NCBI GenBank assembly: GCA_963924565.1
Contig: OZ004610.1
Coordinates: forward strand, 31,062,001-31,126,000
Direction: 5' to 3'
From: Ascidiella aspersa
Lineage: Eukaryota
Length of the DNA: 64,000 nt
Shown in pieces: positions 1 to 12,900 of this stretch. How positions within the stretch are numbered: the first letter of the stretch is position 1; the number at the start of each line of letters is the position of its first letter. The position numbers and the translations under genes were made by a program. The notes beneath the pieces are model-generated. The model had not been told where the DNA came from, did not search any database, and saw only the letters and a list, made by a program, of their open reading frames with translations.

Positions 1-27
1 CTACGATTACGGCTTCCGTATCAATAG

Positions 28-140
28 TACACCGAAAAGCCATCGCAGACTCGCCGAATCTGTCGATCTATGATGCAAGCAGAGCAAGCCAGAAAAACAA
101 CTGGCCTGCAGTGAGGTTCGAACTCACGACCGCCGGTCAA
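28..140 (-). mobile_element. tRNA-derived SINE fragment
   Basis: Minus strand gaccggcggtcgtgagttcgaacctcactgcaggcca (B-box/T-arm); second copy at about 21508-21625. Confidence 0.65.
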
Positions 141-813
141 GCTACAAAAATGTTATCGGTACTCGCAAAGCGAAAAAAACGCTATTTTATTGTTTAATTT
201 CTAAAACTTTACTTTTCGATGGTGTGAAAAGACTGAGGACAGGGCCAATTCAAATTTATCAATATCGGATAAGGCATACCGGAAACGCAATTGAGATTAG
301 CATTTCCGTAGTTTAAATACGCAAAAAATACATTTATTTGTGGGGGCATAGCCACGTGCTACCCCAGAATCCGCCCATGTCGACCAGCCTTTTCGAGTTA
401 AGTGGCTTCTTAAAACAAAGAGGACAATCAGGTGGCACAAAATAAAGACAAATTGTATTGAATTATGAACAAGCTTTCCATTTTTTCCTTTTCATTTGTG
501 GAAAGCTTGTCGAGAATACAATACAATTTGTCTTTATATAGTTCCACCTGATTACCATATTTAGAATCCGACAAACACGTCGGTAAGAAGAAGAATTCTG
601 GCTTAAAGCCATACAATATCGATCTGTACAGTGTTCTTAAGTTTACGTTTTATGAGGTCACGTTCAGGCGTAACTTTGTGCGCTCATGCCCCTTTAAACA
701 TGATTATTTTCCAGTAGATAAGCAGCTTCCTACTGATCAGCTTGAAGGCCGAAGAAGAAGAGTTTAAACCTTGCTCAAAGCCATAAAAAGTCGAACTGAA
801 AAAAGTCACTTAC

Positions 814-989
814 GAGTAACAACGTAGACCACGGTTGCGGGAAGAGTTGAGGCGACGTAGTCGAAAGTCTGCACGCTGATCGAGTAGTTGGTTCCCGGCT
901 GGAGTCCGGACACTGAGTGGTTGACGTCCCTTGTGGTGGTGGGGAATCCCGAAACCCCAGCGTTGGGTACCAAGTCAGTGGAGTAAAGC
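814..989 (-). CDS. B exon: FN3 C-half (last exon in window)
   Basis: [17 protein letters not shown]; gtaagt donor, so the gene continues. Confidence 0.9.
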
Positions 990-3900
990 CTAAATAAAAC
1001 GTGTGCTTTGTTCAATTATATTTTGTCGTACAGCAATGCCTTAATATGCATCATTATTTTGAGAGAATTTGTACAGTGAGATGCGAACTGAGGGATAACA
1101 TATAGGTTTGGCGTTGTCTGTTAAGCTTTGGTATGTTTGAGAAGAACCTTCATATTTACTGAATTTAAGGGGTGGCTAACTTTCTTCGATTGGAAGTGTG
1201 GCAAATTATGTCCTTTTTGCCCGGTGTGAATCGCAAAATAAAATTTTTCTAAATATAGTAGGCGTAATAAAATATTGATAACTAGCATTTGTACAGTGAG
1301 GTGCGGCCTGGGTGATAAGCTAAGCCCTTCCGTTGTCTCTTAAGCTTGCGTGTCTGTGTTTGAGAAGAACCTTCATATTTGTTGAATTTAAGGGTGGCGA
1401 AGTTACTTTCACTTGGAAGTGTGGTCAGTTATATATTTTTCCCCGGTTTAAATCGTAAGATCAAGCCAAGCGGTCTAATTTCCTTCTTTAAATAGTAGGG
1501 GTAAAAAAAATAATTAATTATAAAAGTTTTAAAAACGGTACACCGTGTCAATTTAAAAAAAATCTTTAAAAAAAATATAGGTACTGTGTAGAGCGCACGA
1601 CTATAATTACCGACTAAGAGCTTTTGGTGTTTACGGTGCAATTTACGCTGTATCGGCTTATGCCCCAGATTTATTGTCTACTCGCACTGAAGTGTAAAGT
1701 GCTTACTTGCTTGCATTTTCTTATGCGGTCAACAAAGGGTTTTGTGTATTTAAGCCAGCTTTCCGCTTGTAAACTAACTTCTTCTTTGTTAACAACTTGC
1801 CGTTCGCAACTTTGATATTTGCAAGTAGCATCTCCTATATGCTTACTTGTCCGCCTATACTATAGTTTCAACTGGGTGTTCGCTTATCAGCTAATACAAT
1901 TATTAAGTCACTAGAAGCATTGTGGTTGGCTGACGAGTTATACGCACGCAACCTTCAAGTGAACTTAAAATTGAGACAGGTGTTCAACTATTGAACTCGT
2001 GCCCCACAACTGTAAGCTAATCAGGTTGCACTGCATAAAGACTAATTGTATTAATTTTCGACGAGCTTTCGCACAACAGTGCTTCATCACGATTTTCTAC
2101 TTAGATCTGATAAAGTACGATTGTGCGAAGGCTTGTCTGGAATCAGGACAAGTTGTCTTATGTCTTATATAGTCACCTGATATTTAGCATTGGGCAAATA
2201 CGGCCATTAAAAAAAATAGATAATATAAAATCACTATATATATATATATATATAAATATATATATATATAAAAAAATTAAATATCTTCAGTTTTCGTTGC
2301 TGCAGAGACAAACCGTTAACAAACAACATATATGGATAAACTTACACGCTGGTCGGTTGCTGTGCGTCCCATGATACGGTGAATGTGGTTTCAGTGATGG
2401 CCGTCACCCTGATCACAGGCGGTGACACAGAACCTGCAAAATCGTATAATGCTTGTTTATTCGCACGACACCAAAGTAGACTAGAACTTTATGATATTCA
2501 GCATATCATACATCAGACCAACCGCCTGTTAGTAGTGTTTTACTGAAGGCAATAACCGCACCTGAGTCCCGTTTTTAAATAACGCGGAATATGTTTGGTA
2601 AAATTGGCTTTTCTGTTTCATATTTTTACACGTAAATCAATTGCGTGGGTATATGTTTTGTTGTTGTATGGCCAAAACTTGTTTGGAATTGGTGAGTAAA
2701 TAAATTCTATTATTAACAATTTTCCCATTTGACTCTATAGTATTCGACCTGTTATGAGAATGATTTTGACTGGGCTTAACAACTGATGTCTTAAGCTCGA
2801 TTTTTCTTGTTATTTACAAAACAGGACATAAAACTTGGATTCCAGCCAGCCAACTTTAGCTGGGTTATCGATAATTATTAATATCAGTGAACAACTTACG
2901 TGTGACAACGTCAGACAAGGTGGTGATGCCACTGGAACCGAACGAATTTCCGGCAGAGATCGAAATGGAGTAGGTTGTTCCGTCCGTTAAACCAGTCACT
3001 GTCACAGGTAAGCTCGTGAAGTTTGAGTTGAACACATCGGCGGTGCCGTTTGACGCCTTGACCGTGTAGAAGGTAGCGCCAATGACTTGCGGCAGCGTTA
3101 CAACGATGCTGCTGCTGTTAATGGTCGCAGTATCGGCTACAAGGCCTGTCGGTTCGGCTGGCACTGTTTTTTAAATTAAACGAGGAATGTTAAATTGCTG
3201 AAAGGTAGATGCATTATTGATGTACTGGTTAGAAGTTTTTGTATACTGATTAGAAGGCCCATCAAGCTGTATAATTCGGCCCGCGGCTCATTTTCAATAA
3301 AACATTTTTTGGCAAAAATAAGCCTTAACATTTTTTTAGTGATTTTAGAATATTTTATTGAATACATTACATTCTCACCTATCAGACCCTCAAAAAAACT
3401 TCAAATATAAAAAAAAATTAAAAAAGTGACAGCCAAAAAAAAATAAAAAAACAAAGCAAAAAAATCAAAAAAAAAATTGACAGCACTCCCTAAAAAAATA
3501 ATAATTGGCAGCTTACCAGTGGTGAAGTTGAGGGCGAGGCTGAGGCTGCTGTTTTTCGAGCCGCCGATCGTCCCAGAAGCAGTGACAGCAAGCACTCGAG
3601 CGCTGAAGTCTGTGCCCTTGGCGAGAGAAGTGACTTGGATGGAGTTTGTGGCGCTTTCGAGCTCACGGTTGTCGATAAACACGATGTACTTGCTGGCGCC
3701 AGTGCTCGCATCGAACGTCAGGTTGACCGTGGTCTGGGTGACTTCGGTGTAGCGAAGGTTGACAGGTGCCAGTGGCGCTGGGAAAGGAAAACCAAAATGC
3801 TTTTACCATGAATAAGCAGGGGCTTTTAACTCGAATATATTGCGGCTCTTATGTCCAGGTTACTTGGTTGTTTTAGGATGTACATTGTACGTACAGTGTC

Positions 3901-6900
3901 TATTTCGTTTGCTTAAATTATCGATTTTTGTTGGTTCCAACTTTACGTAAACGTTTGAATTAAGTGACTATTTCCCAAATGTGACGCCATGTCTGCAGCG
4001 TCGTGTCATAGATTAGATTAAACGTTGCAAGAAAATGACACGTGTGTTGACAAGCGATACACGAACTTTTAAGTAAAATTACGTGGAACACTTCAGGGTT
4101 TAGCGTGCACAATAAGGTTTTCTGTCAAGAGCTCATTGATAGTCGGGGCAGCATTTAATGTAGAAAGCTAACTGATATCGTTGATTGGAGTGATAAATTG
4201 GATTTAAAAAATTAAAAATAACCTTCGTTAATAATATGATCAAAACAGCTCCTCTGGTAATTTTAGCTGTTAACAAACGTTTCGGCAACCTACTCAAATT
4301 GCCTTCTTCAGGGTGAATGACACCAAATGCTTGTAGTAGAATATATGGAAAATACAAAAGAAAAAAGAAAAGAAAAAACGCGACAACAAAACGATAAAAA
4401 AAGCTTTGTTAATATCAAAGTTAACATCTGGTAATTTTCTATCTTTACAGCTACACAATCTTACATAAAGCTGTCAAAAAATAGCACTGGTCTATACATT
4501 CCCAAGATTGTAAGATTACAAATTCACACCGTTCTTAGAAAGTGTTAACAGAAAGCTCAATACAGATGCCCTACACGGAAAGCTTTATTTCGGTTTTCTA
4601 AGTAGCTATATTTGAAGGAATGTAAAACGCGAGCAAAAACCCGATAAGAAAACCTTCGTTAAGAATAAAAAATTACCCAGGTCTACACTCTCAAGATCGT
4701 ATGATTACAAATTCACACCGTTTTAAGAAAGTGTAAACAGAAAGCCCAATCACTCTAAAAGATATATTTCGCTTTCAAGTAGCTACGACGTCGCAACTTA
4801 CCAGTGTAGACGGTCGCGTTAACCGCGTTGCTGAGTCCGGCCGAGTTGTTGGCCTGTAAGCTGAAGGTGTACAAGGTTCCAGGCTGAAGAGAGCTGGCGG
4901 AAAAGTTGGCCAACTGTGTGCTGTTGTTGTTTCGCAGCATTCCGCCGGCATATATCTTCAGCACAGTGTTTTCAGTCTGGCTTCCAACCAACCATGATAG
5001 TGCGATTTGACCGGTGGTGGCGCTGATCAAAGTAATGGCGCTCACGTCGGCTGGCACTGTAACGCATCACAATTGTTTAAACTTTTGTATAAGCAGTGTT
5101 TAGCACGCGCGCAGCACCACCAGAGAAATTGTGCTGTAAAAGTTGCTTCATTAAAGTTTCCAGTTCCTCGTTTTCAAATTTTAAATTTTTGTAACCTTGA
5201 ACCACAAGTGGTTATGCAATGAGACTGGCCTGTAATTATAATAGTAAAGATTTATTCAACATACCAGGAAGAAGTGAATAATGTTGGAAAAGCAAAAAGA
5301 TAAGATGTGGAATTATATGTGGAAGTGGTTCGTATTTTGGTAAAAAAATATACTAATTCAATTATTTCACAAGTCTGTTAGTTTCAGGACTCTAATCTAG
5401 TATATAATATTCCTGCTGAATGCAACAAGCGTTCTCAAAGGGGCGTAGGGTATAAAACGGGCCTGATAAATAATCTTGAGTCGCATCAATAATTCTTTTT
5501 CATTAAGCATTTAGCTCAAACAAGTAAAAGAGTTTCAAATCGATTTTTTTTTTGTACATTAACGTTGAATCAACGGAGATTTATCACAACCGTAAGGTAA
5601 TTACAAATTTATTCGTTTCTGTCGAAAAAAGAAAAGTTGTCCAAGTTACCTGTGACTTGCGACAGTGCGGCGCTGTCATTGCTGTTCCCAGCTGGGTAGA
5701 CCACCACGACGGTGAGGTTGTATATTGTTCCAGCAGTTAAACCATCAACAGTTACAGCGGCGTTGCCGGTTCCGGTTTGATTGACAGTCTTTGACATAAG
5801 TTAAAAAGCGTTTAGCATAATTAAAGTTTACACGAGCCGGTGATATTACGCCTATTGTATTTAAGCATAACATTAATTGGTTAGCCTCTTTATATTTCGG
5901 CTAGGTCATATTAAATACTCCTATATTTTGGCATCAATTTAGTTTGATAAACAGCCATGATGTTACTTTTATTAACAAAAGAGTAAGTTTTATAAACGTT
6001 AGGCTGTATTGTGCCAATCAGGTCAAGACGCAAAACAGGGACAATATGGGGTTTTAAAGCAGGCCTGTGGAGTCGGAGTCGTACTCGTTATGGAGTCAGT
6101 ATATTTCGCTCGAGCCGGACTCGGGACTCGAGTAAGACTGCGTATGACTACGTGCGCATGCGCAGCACCATATTCGAAACTGACAATTGTAAATTGTAAA
6201 GGTGGAATAAAAACTAGGAAAATATTTGACTATGTTTTGTGGGTGGATAAGTTCTTTGACTCATAAAAAAAAAATACCTATTTTGGCTAAATGGTTGTAA
6301 TTATGGGCTGTAGAGTCGGAATAAGCTAACTGGTCGGGTTCGGACTCGAGTTAATTTTTTCGGCCAGGGCCGTACTCTGGTTGTTTATAACCGATACCGG
6401 TGCAGGCGCTAGTTTGAAGTAGCCATATTAACTCTGGCAAAAAGCATGGATAATCTTACCAATCATATATTATAATAGGATAGACATAACAGAGTTACGC
6501 TTATACCTTTGTAATTATCGTGCTGGAACCGACCGTAGCTCGTACGACATAGGAAGTGGCGCCGTCCAGTTCTGCGAAGGACACCAACATGCTGGTTTGT
6601 GTAATCGCACTGGCACTCGGCTGCGCTGCCGGTTGGAGATCTGAAACAGTTCGAAACTATCGGTCAGCCAATCGTATGTCTCAATTGACAAATCCGGATG
6701 CGATTTCAGTATAAGCGAGTGGTTCTTAAACTGCATACTTCAATATAACGGTACAGTGTTGTAATGACTTAAGCCATGACTTAATTTGACTTAATTCGTT
6801 TGGGCAAAATGACTTGATTTAAGGCTTTTTGGGGCATTTTTTTGTTAAAATTGAGTTACTTAACTTGTTATTTTTTCTAAAGACTTGACTATGGCTTTAG

Positions 6901-9900
6901 TTTATGTTCAAGTCAAGTCATTTTGAATATATGACAAGTCAAGTCCCAGTCAAGTCATAACTAGAGCAAGTCAATTTCAAGTCAAGTACTCGTCGTAAAA
7001 ATAAAACAGCAACTATTAATATTGCAAAATTAGTCCGATTAAGAGCAAGGCCCCCTACTAAAAACGAGGAAAAAGCTTTCAACAACTTTTGCTTTACAAA
7101 CGTTTTTGGGTTTGCCAGTGAACTAGCATCGTAGAACTGCAATTCGAAAACCAAAGAAAAGTTTTTGACAAACGAGGAAAAAAAATTCCAACCTACCAGT
7201 GTTCTAGACAATCCTTTTGAATGCTTAAGTCCAAGTCAAGTCAATTTGAATAAATGACAAGTCAAGTCCCAGTCAAGTCACAATTAAAGCAATTTAATTT
7301 CAAGTCACGTTCTTGTCACAAAAATTAAACGGTAACTATTAAAATTGGTAAAATAGTCCGATGAGCAATGCTTTCAATTCGAAAATCAAAGAAAATTGCC
7401 CACAAAGAAAAAGGGAATGAAAAGAAAAACAAGGAAAAAGCTTTCAACAACTTTTACTTTACAAACACTTTTTTAGGGATTAAACTAGCATCGTAGAATT
7501 AGAAATCAAAAACCAAAGAAAGTGGTCTGACAAAGAACACAAAGGAAAAAAAAGACAAAAAGCCAAAAAAAAAGAAAAAAGGGGAAATGAAGAATTAAAA
7601 GGAAAAAAAAGGTTCCAATGCCCACTTACATCCGGTCACATTGGCAGAAGCGCACGTTCCGGTTCCGGCCGCGTTGACTGGACAAACTGTGAAGGTGTAC
7701 TGGGCACCGTTGGTCACGTTGGTCAGTGTAACGGTGGGCAGGGCCACACTTCCGAGTCCCACGACCCCGACTGCACTCGACCCGGTGGCAAGGTAGATCA
7801 AGGTCGTAGTGTACGAGACGGCCCCGGTGGACGCGGTCCAGGCGATGGTCAGGTTGCCCTGGGTAGCCGTGGCCGCAGGAGTTCCGGGTATAGGTGGTCC
7901 TAAAAATAAATAAAAATGCTGTTTTTGCGCCGAGATGGAATTATTTCGATTATATGTTTCATACGACAACGGACATTGTTTTAGAGAAATACGTTAATTT
8001 GTAAGTCGGTAAATCGTACAAAAGTGATATCTATACTTCTGTAGGGACTTTGATATTCCTACTACTGTTTCACAAAGCACATTTCGGCTAAAATTGCCTT
8101 TGAACGTTCCAAGTTCATCTATATATTTTATTATGTAGTCCCAATCTGGTCATTTGGTTTGGATCGGATCGCGGTAATTTTATTTACAATATCCGGTATC
8201 GGTATAAAATGTCAACGAGGATTGTTTGGAAGAAATAGGTATATTTTTTTAATTGGTAAACCGTACAAAAATGTGACTTATACTTTTGGATGGGCTTTGA
8301 TATTCCTATTATCGTCTAACTAAAACCTCCAGCCAATATGCTCCAATGTAAACCTTATAATGGCTGATTTATAGTGTTTGTGATGAATTTCAAATTTAGT
8401 TTTTCATACAAAATTTAGCTAACCCTTTTTTGAAACTCAAAAATTATTTTCAGATGACAACACAACGCACCTTCGTATTTATACACTTATGATGGCATGA
8501 GGTTTTGCCTAAACGTTTATAAACAACAAAATGACAAATTTATCGAATATAATGGCGATGGTATTTTATTAAAACAACACGACACAACTTTACGTGTACT
8601 TACGTGTTAACTTTACGTGTACTTACGTGTTATTTGGAGGATTTCCAGGAATGTTTCGGTCTTCAACCTAGTATCCGGACATCCAGCCGTTCCTATGGCG
8701 CAGGTTATCTCGGCTGCGATTGTGATTTTGTGCAGGGTTCCCCCAGACAAGCCAGTGAAATTAAATGTTCTCACGGTTGAGGCCTGTTAGAAAACATTAA
8801 ATTTGAACACGTCCCCATTAACTTTTTCGAAGAATATATGCTAAAAAAACTCTGCTGGTTTGTAGGACATGGCTGTTGCTGTAATACTTGAATGAAAGTA
8901 GACATTTTTATGACTGACACGATTAAAATAATTCCTAATGAATATTTAGGGATCACGTCACAATTACGTCATAAAGGGACCTAGGCATGCAATTTTCAAT
9001 AACGATTCAATGTCGTGCACAAATATGCAACTATGACACAAACATAGTTTTGGGATATGGCATCGCAAACCGCCAATAATTATTTAATAAATTTTAGTTT
9101 AGAAGAATTCGTGTGATTCTCTCCAGAAGGTAATTAAAGCTTACCGTGTTATCCGAGAATGGCGTGGTGCTGTTTAGCGATACAGTGTAAAAGGTTGGTG
9201 TACCAACGAACGGTTCCCACGTCAAAGCAAGTGATGTTTCCAGCGTTTGAGTGAAGGTCCACAGCACTGGAAATTGTAAACACGGTATAGTTGCAGTTTA
9301 TTCTACTAATTGCGCTTCACCTAATTTACAATATGCTAAACTACATTTACATTTTGACAGTTCATCGCAAATTAATCAAATTTCATAGTTTGAGAGAAAT
9401 CAAAAGTCCCACAAGAATTAAAATCATGTAAAACGGATAAAACATAAAATAATTTCTTAAAATTTTACAGAAATATATATTTCGCCTAAACGAGGACAAT
9501 TGCTTTTCGCTCAACAATATAAAAACCTAAAGTTGGCTGGTCAAAGCTAGAGGGTCAGAAGCCGGTATCAATAAATCTTAGCGGTTTAAGTCAAAAACAA
9601 AGTCCTTACTTGAGGTGACGTTGTTTGAGAAGGCACTGGTGCTTCCGGCCCCGGTGTGGTAGGCCACGCTGACTAGGTACTGGTTGTCAGACGGCGCCAG
9701 ACCAGTGAATTGGTACGAGGTGTTGGTTGTGCTTAACTCACTGACCAAGGCCCCTGTGCTCAGCGAGACGCGAATAGTGTAGTTGATAGCGGCTGGTATC
9801 GCGTCGTATTGCACGGTGAGGCTGGACAGCAGCACCTGGATGATCTTCACGTTTTCAACGGTCAGGGCTCCTGCAAATATAAGTTTATTCGTTGGGCGGT

Positions 9901-12900
9901 TTCGACAAAAAAATAGAGTTATACAACGAGCTTTATACGTTCCAACCAAAACCACAAAGGTTGTAAAAAAATCCAAAACAACCTTGTTCAACAAGAGAAG
10001 AATTGAATAAAGCTGTTTTGGATCTTTTTTAAAACCTTTGTGATTTTGCTTGGATCTTACGATATAAATGTCAGAGCAGGCTTAGATTCCGATACTAACA
10101 AAAAAATAATAATAATATTAATTATTATTTCATCAACTGCGATGTACGTTGTGTTGGTATGTGTATTTATAACATAAACATAGCGATGAACTATACAAAT
10201 GCGTACTTGTTTACTGTTAAAATTGGGTTCATTTAAAGGCATAATAGGTGTATACGCCTTCACAAATAGCATACTAACAATAGCTTTTATGTAGTGCAAG
10301 TATGGGTTTAGGTCTGTGTCAGTTCTTTATAATTGAACTAACAAAAGCTTACTAATGTTAACACTTGCAAAACAAATGTTTTAGCTGCGATATTTCAGTT
10401 TTTCTGTTACGACTGAGTTGCTTGTAGCCGTCTCGCGTATTTATTAAGCTTATCATACTGAATAGACGCCAATTATAACCTAAAAGTCGGCATGGCTCAC
10501 CAGTGGTCACAGTAAAGGCTTGTGGCGTGTTTCTGTTAACGGCGCCATTCGCGTCCGAAGCGTACACCACAAGACTGAAGTTGTAGGTGGTTTGGTTGTT
10601 AAGATTGGTGATCTGGTAGGTGACTAATCCGCCCGATTCGTTGGTGCTGTTCAGCACGAAGGGGCCAACTGTAGCGCCTGCATCACTGATGGTGTAATTG
10701 AGCACCCTTGGCACGGCGGCAAAGCGGATGGTCACACTGCTGCCGGTCGCTGGGTCTTGGCTGAAGTTGACCACGTTCGCGACTGTCACACAAAAGGAAA
10801 AGTAGCGTAAATTTTATGAACATGTGATTTATACCAAAGGCTAGGGGGCAAAAAAAATTCTGGCAGATAATTTCGACGCGAAGATAAACAAATTTACGTA
10901 TATTCAAAAAAAAGTTTACCACCGTTATAACACTGGTCTATATTTCGTAAATACAAAAATAAAATTTATCGTCCAAATTTAAGTATCTTGATTGTGCTGG
11001 ATTTGTGAAAATGCTCGTCATACATTCATACATTTTATCGTGTCAACTTAAGTGTCTTGATTGAGTTAAATTTGTGAACATGAACATGTTAGTTATTTAT
11101 ATTCATAAACTTTGCCGTCCAAATTTACCATATATTGGCCATCAAATTAACAGTTTATTCGTTTTGAGTAAACAATGTATGCGTTGATACCACAAAATTT
11201 AGTGTTTCCTAGAAAATTACAAATACCACGCCAATGGTTGCTGCGAAATAAGACCTCATTTTTACTGTACTTTATCATAAATTGGTTATCAAAACATGAA
11301 TTTAACTGATGTTAGGTGAAGCACAGGACTGGCCCACAACTAGTATGTCGTACAACATAATTGTTTGTTTATTTTATAAAAAAAGCGCACCTTTGATGAA
11401 GCTAATTTACTGTTTTGAATAGTTGTGTAATTCACTTTTGTTGTTTTTTGGGGTACATAATAATCCAAGGTTTTCTTGCTTAGTGAATTGCTGCCGTTAC
11501 TTTAGGGATAGCAAGTTGACTCTTACATGTAGTGAACTGTGTAGAGCTGCTGTAATCAGTGTAAGCAGAGCTCGTGGCAGTTACATCCACTAGGGCGCGA
11601 ACTCTTGCTGAGCAAATGTTGTTGGTGAGATCGCCATAAACGTAGGTGAACGATGTAATGGTGCTCTCGAAAGTTCCGGTTTGGATGACACCCTCACAGG
11701 TTACTGTAAAAACACATATTACTTAACGATCTGCATGACGCAATAATTATAAACAATACCCAGCAGAAGAAATGCATTTCAAATTAATTCCCATGATTTA
11801 AAATAAGAAATAGTTATAGGGTAACCTTTTTCACATCAGAATTCGGCTTTTTAAAAACCGCAAAAACTACTTAACTACTTGAGTTAACAAAAACAACACA
11901 AATATGTTTTTTTAAACTATGTATTTTGCATTACGTAGGCTAATTTTCGGAATTTTAGCAAAATGAAACATTTATCAGATATTAGGTTTGGTCAAATCTC
12001 AAGCCTTGTCATCAAAATCGGCCAATCGAACAGCATAAATATCACACTGAACATAAGCGAGAGGCCAACTAATTAGACGTGATACACAGCGACCTACTTT
12101 CAAATTCATATTTGGTGGTGTTGCCGACTGCAGAATAGGAGAATGATGCCGATGTACTTGTGACCGCACCCAACGTCAGCGTTGCAGGCGCAGCAGGTGG
12201 TGTCACTGAAATAAAACATAAGAGTAATACAGTTTGCAACAGTTGGCGAGACCAGGGATGGGCAGTTATGTTTGACAGCGAGCCGAATTAGAAACAGAAT
12301 ATGTCTTGGCGTGCCGTGTCAAAAAAGGGGATCTCAAAAACACATAATACAACCTGTGATTCCTTTTAAAATAACCTTTAAATATGGCCTTTTTTGACAA
12401 GCTGGTAAGAGTAGGAATAGGTAAGGATGCCTTATAACAGTAATGTATCCAATAAAAATTTCTAAAATAAAGGAAAAGGGCTTATTTGTGCCTAAAAGTT
12501 TTATTGAAAATGAGCCGGATTATATTGCCTGGCGGGCCGTATAGTTTGCCCAGGTCCAGAGTTAAATCAACTGTTATTTGTAATTGTAATTGAAATGTAA
12601 TTGAGGCATTTTTATTCTGTATATTTATAATTGTAATTGTAATTTGCTAAAATTTTGACTCAATACATTGATATTGAGACATTTGAAGTTTCAATGCCGA
12701 AAATTATAATGTGATTAATTACAGTTTTTAATGTAATTCTAATTCTAATGTAATTGAAACATCTAATGGAGTAATTGTAATTGAAAAAAATGAACTGAAT
12801 TTATGCAATTGATTCTGCTTTCCACTGTTATACGCACCAGTGGTAACGTTTAGGTTGGTGTCGTTGCTTGTCAGTGTGGCGTTCGAATCGGCCGTGTTGG

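Noticed and set aside
100-140. tRNA gene
   Set aside because: Only a T-arm/B-box half is recognisable, attached to a repeated body; better explained as a SINE.
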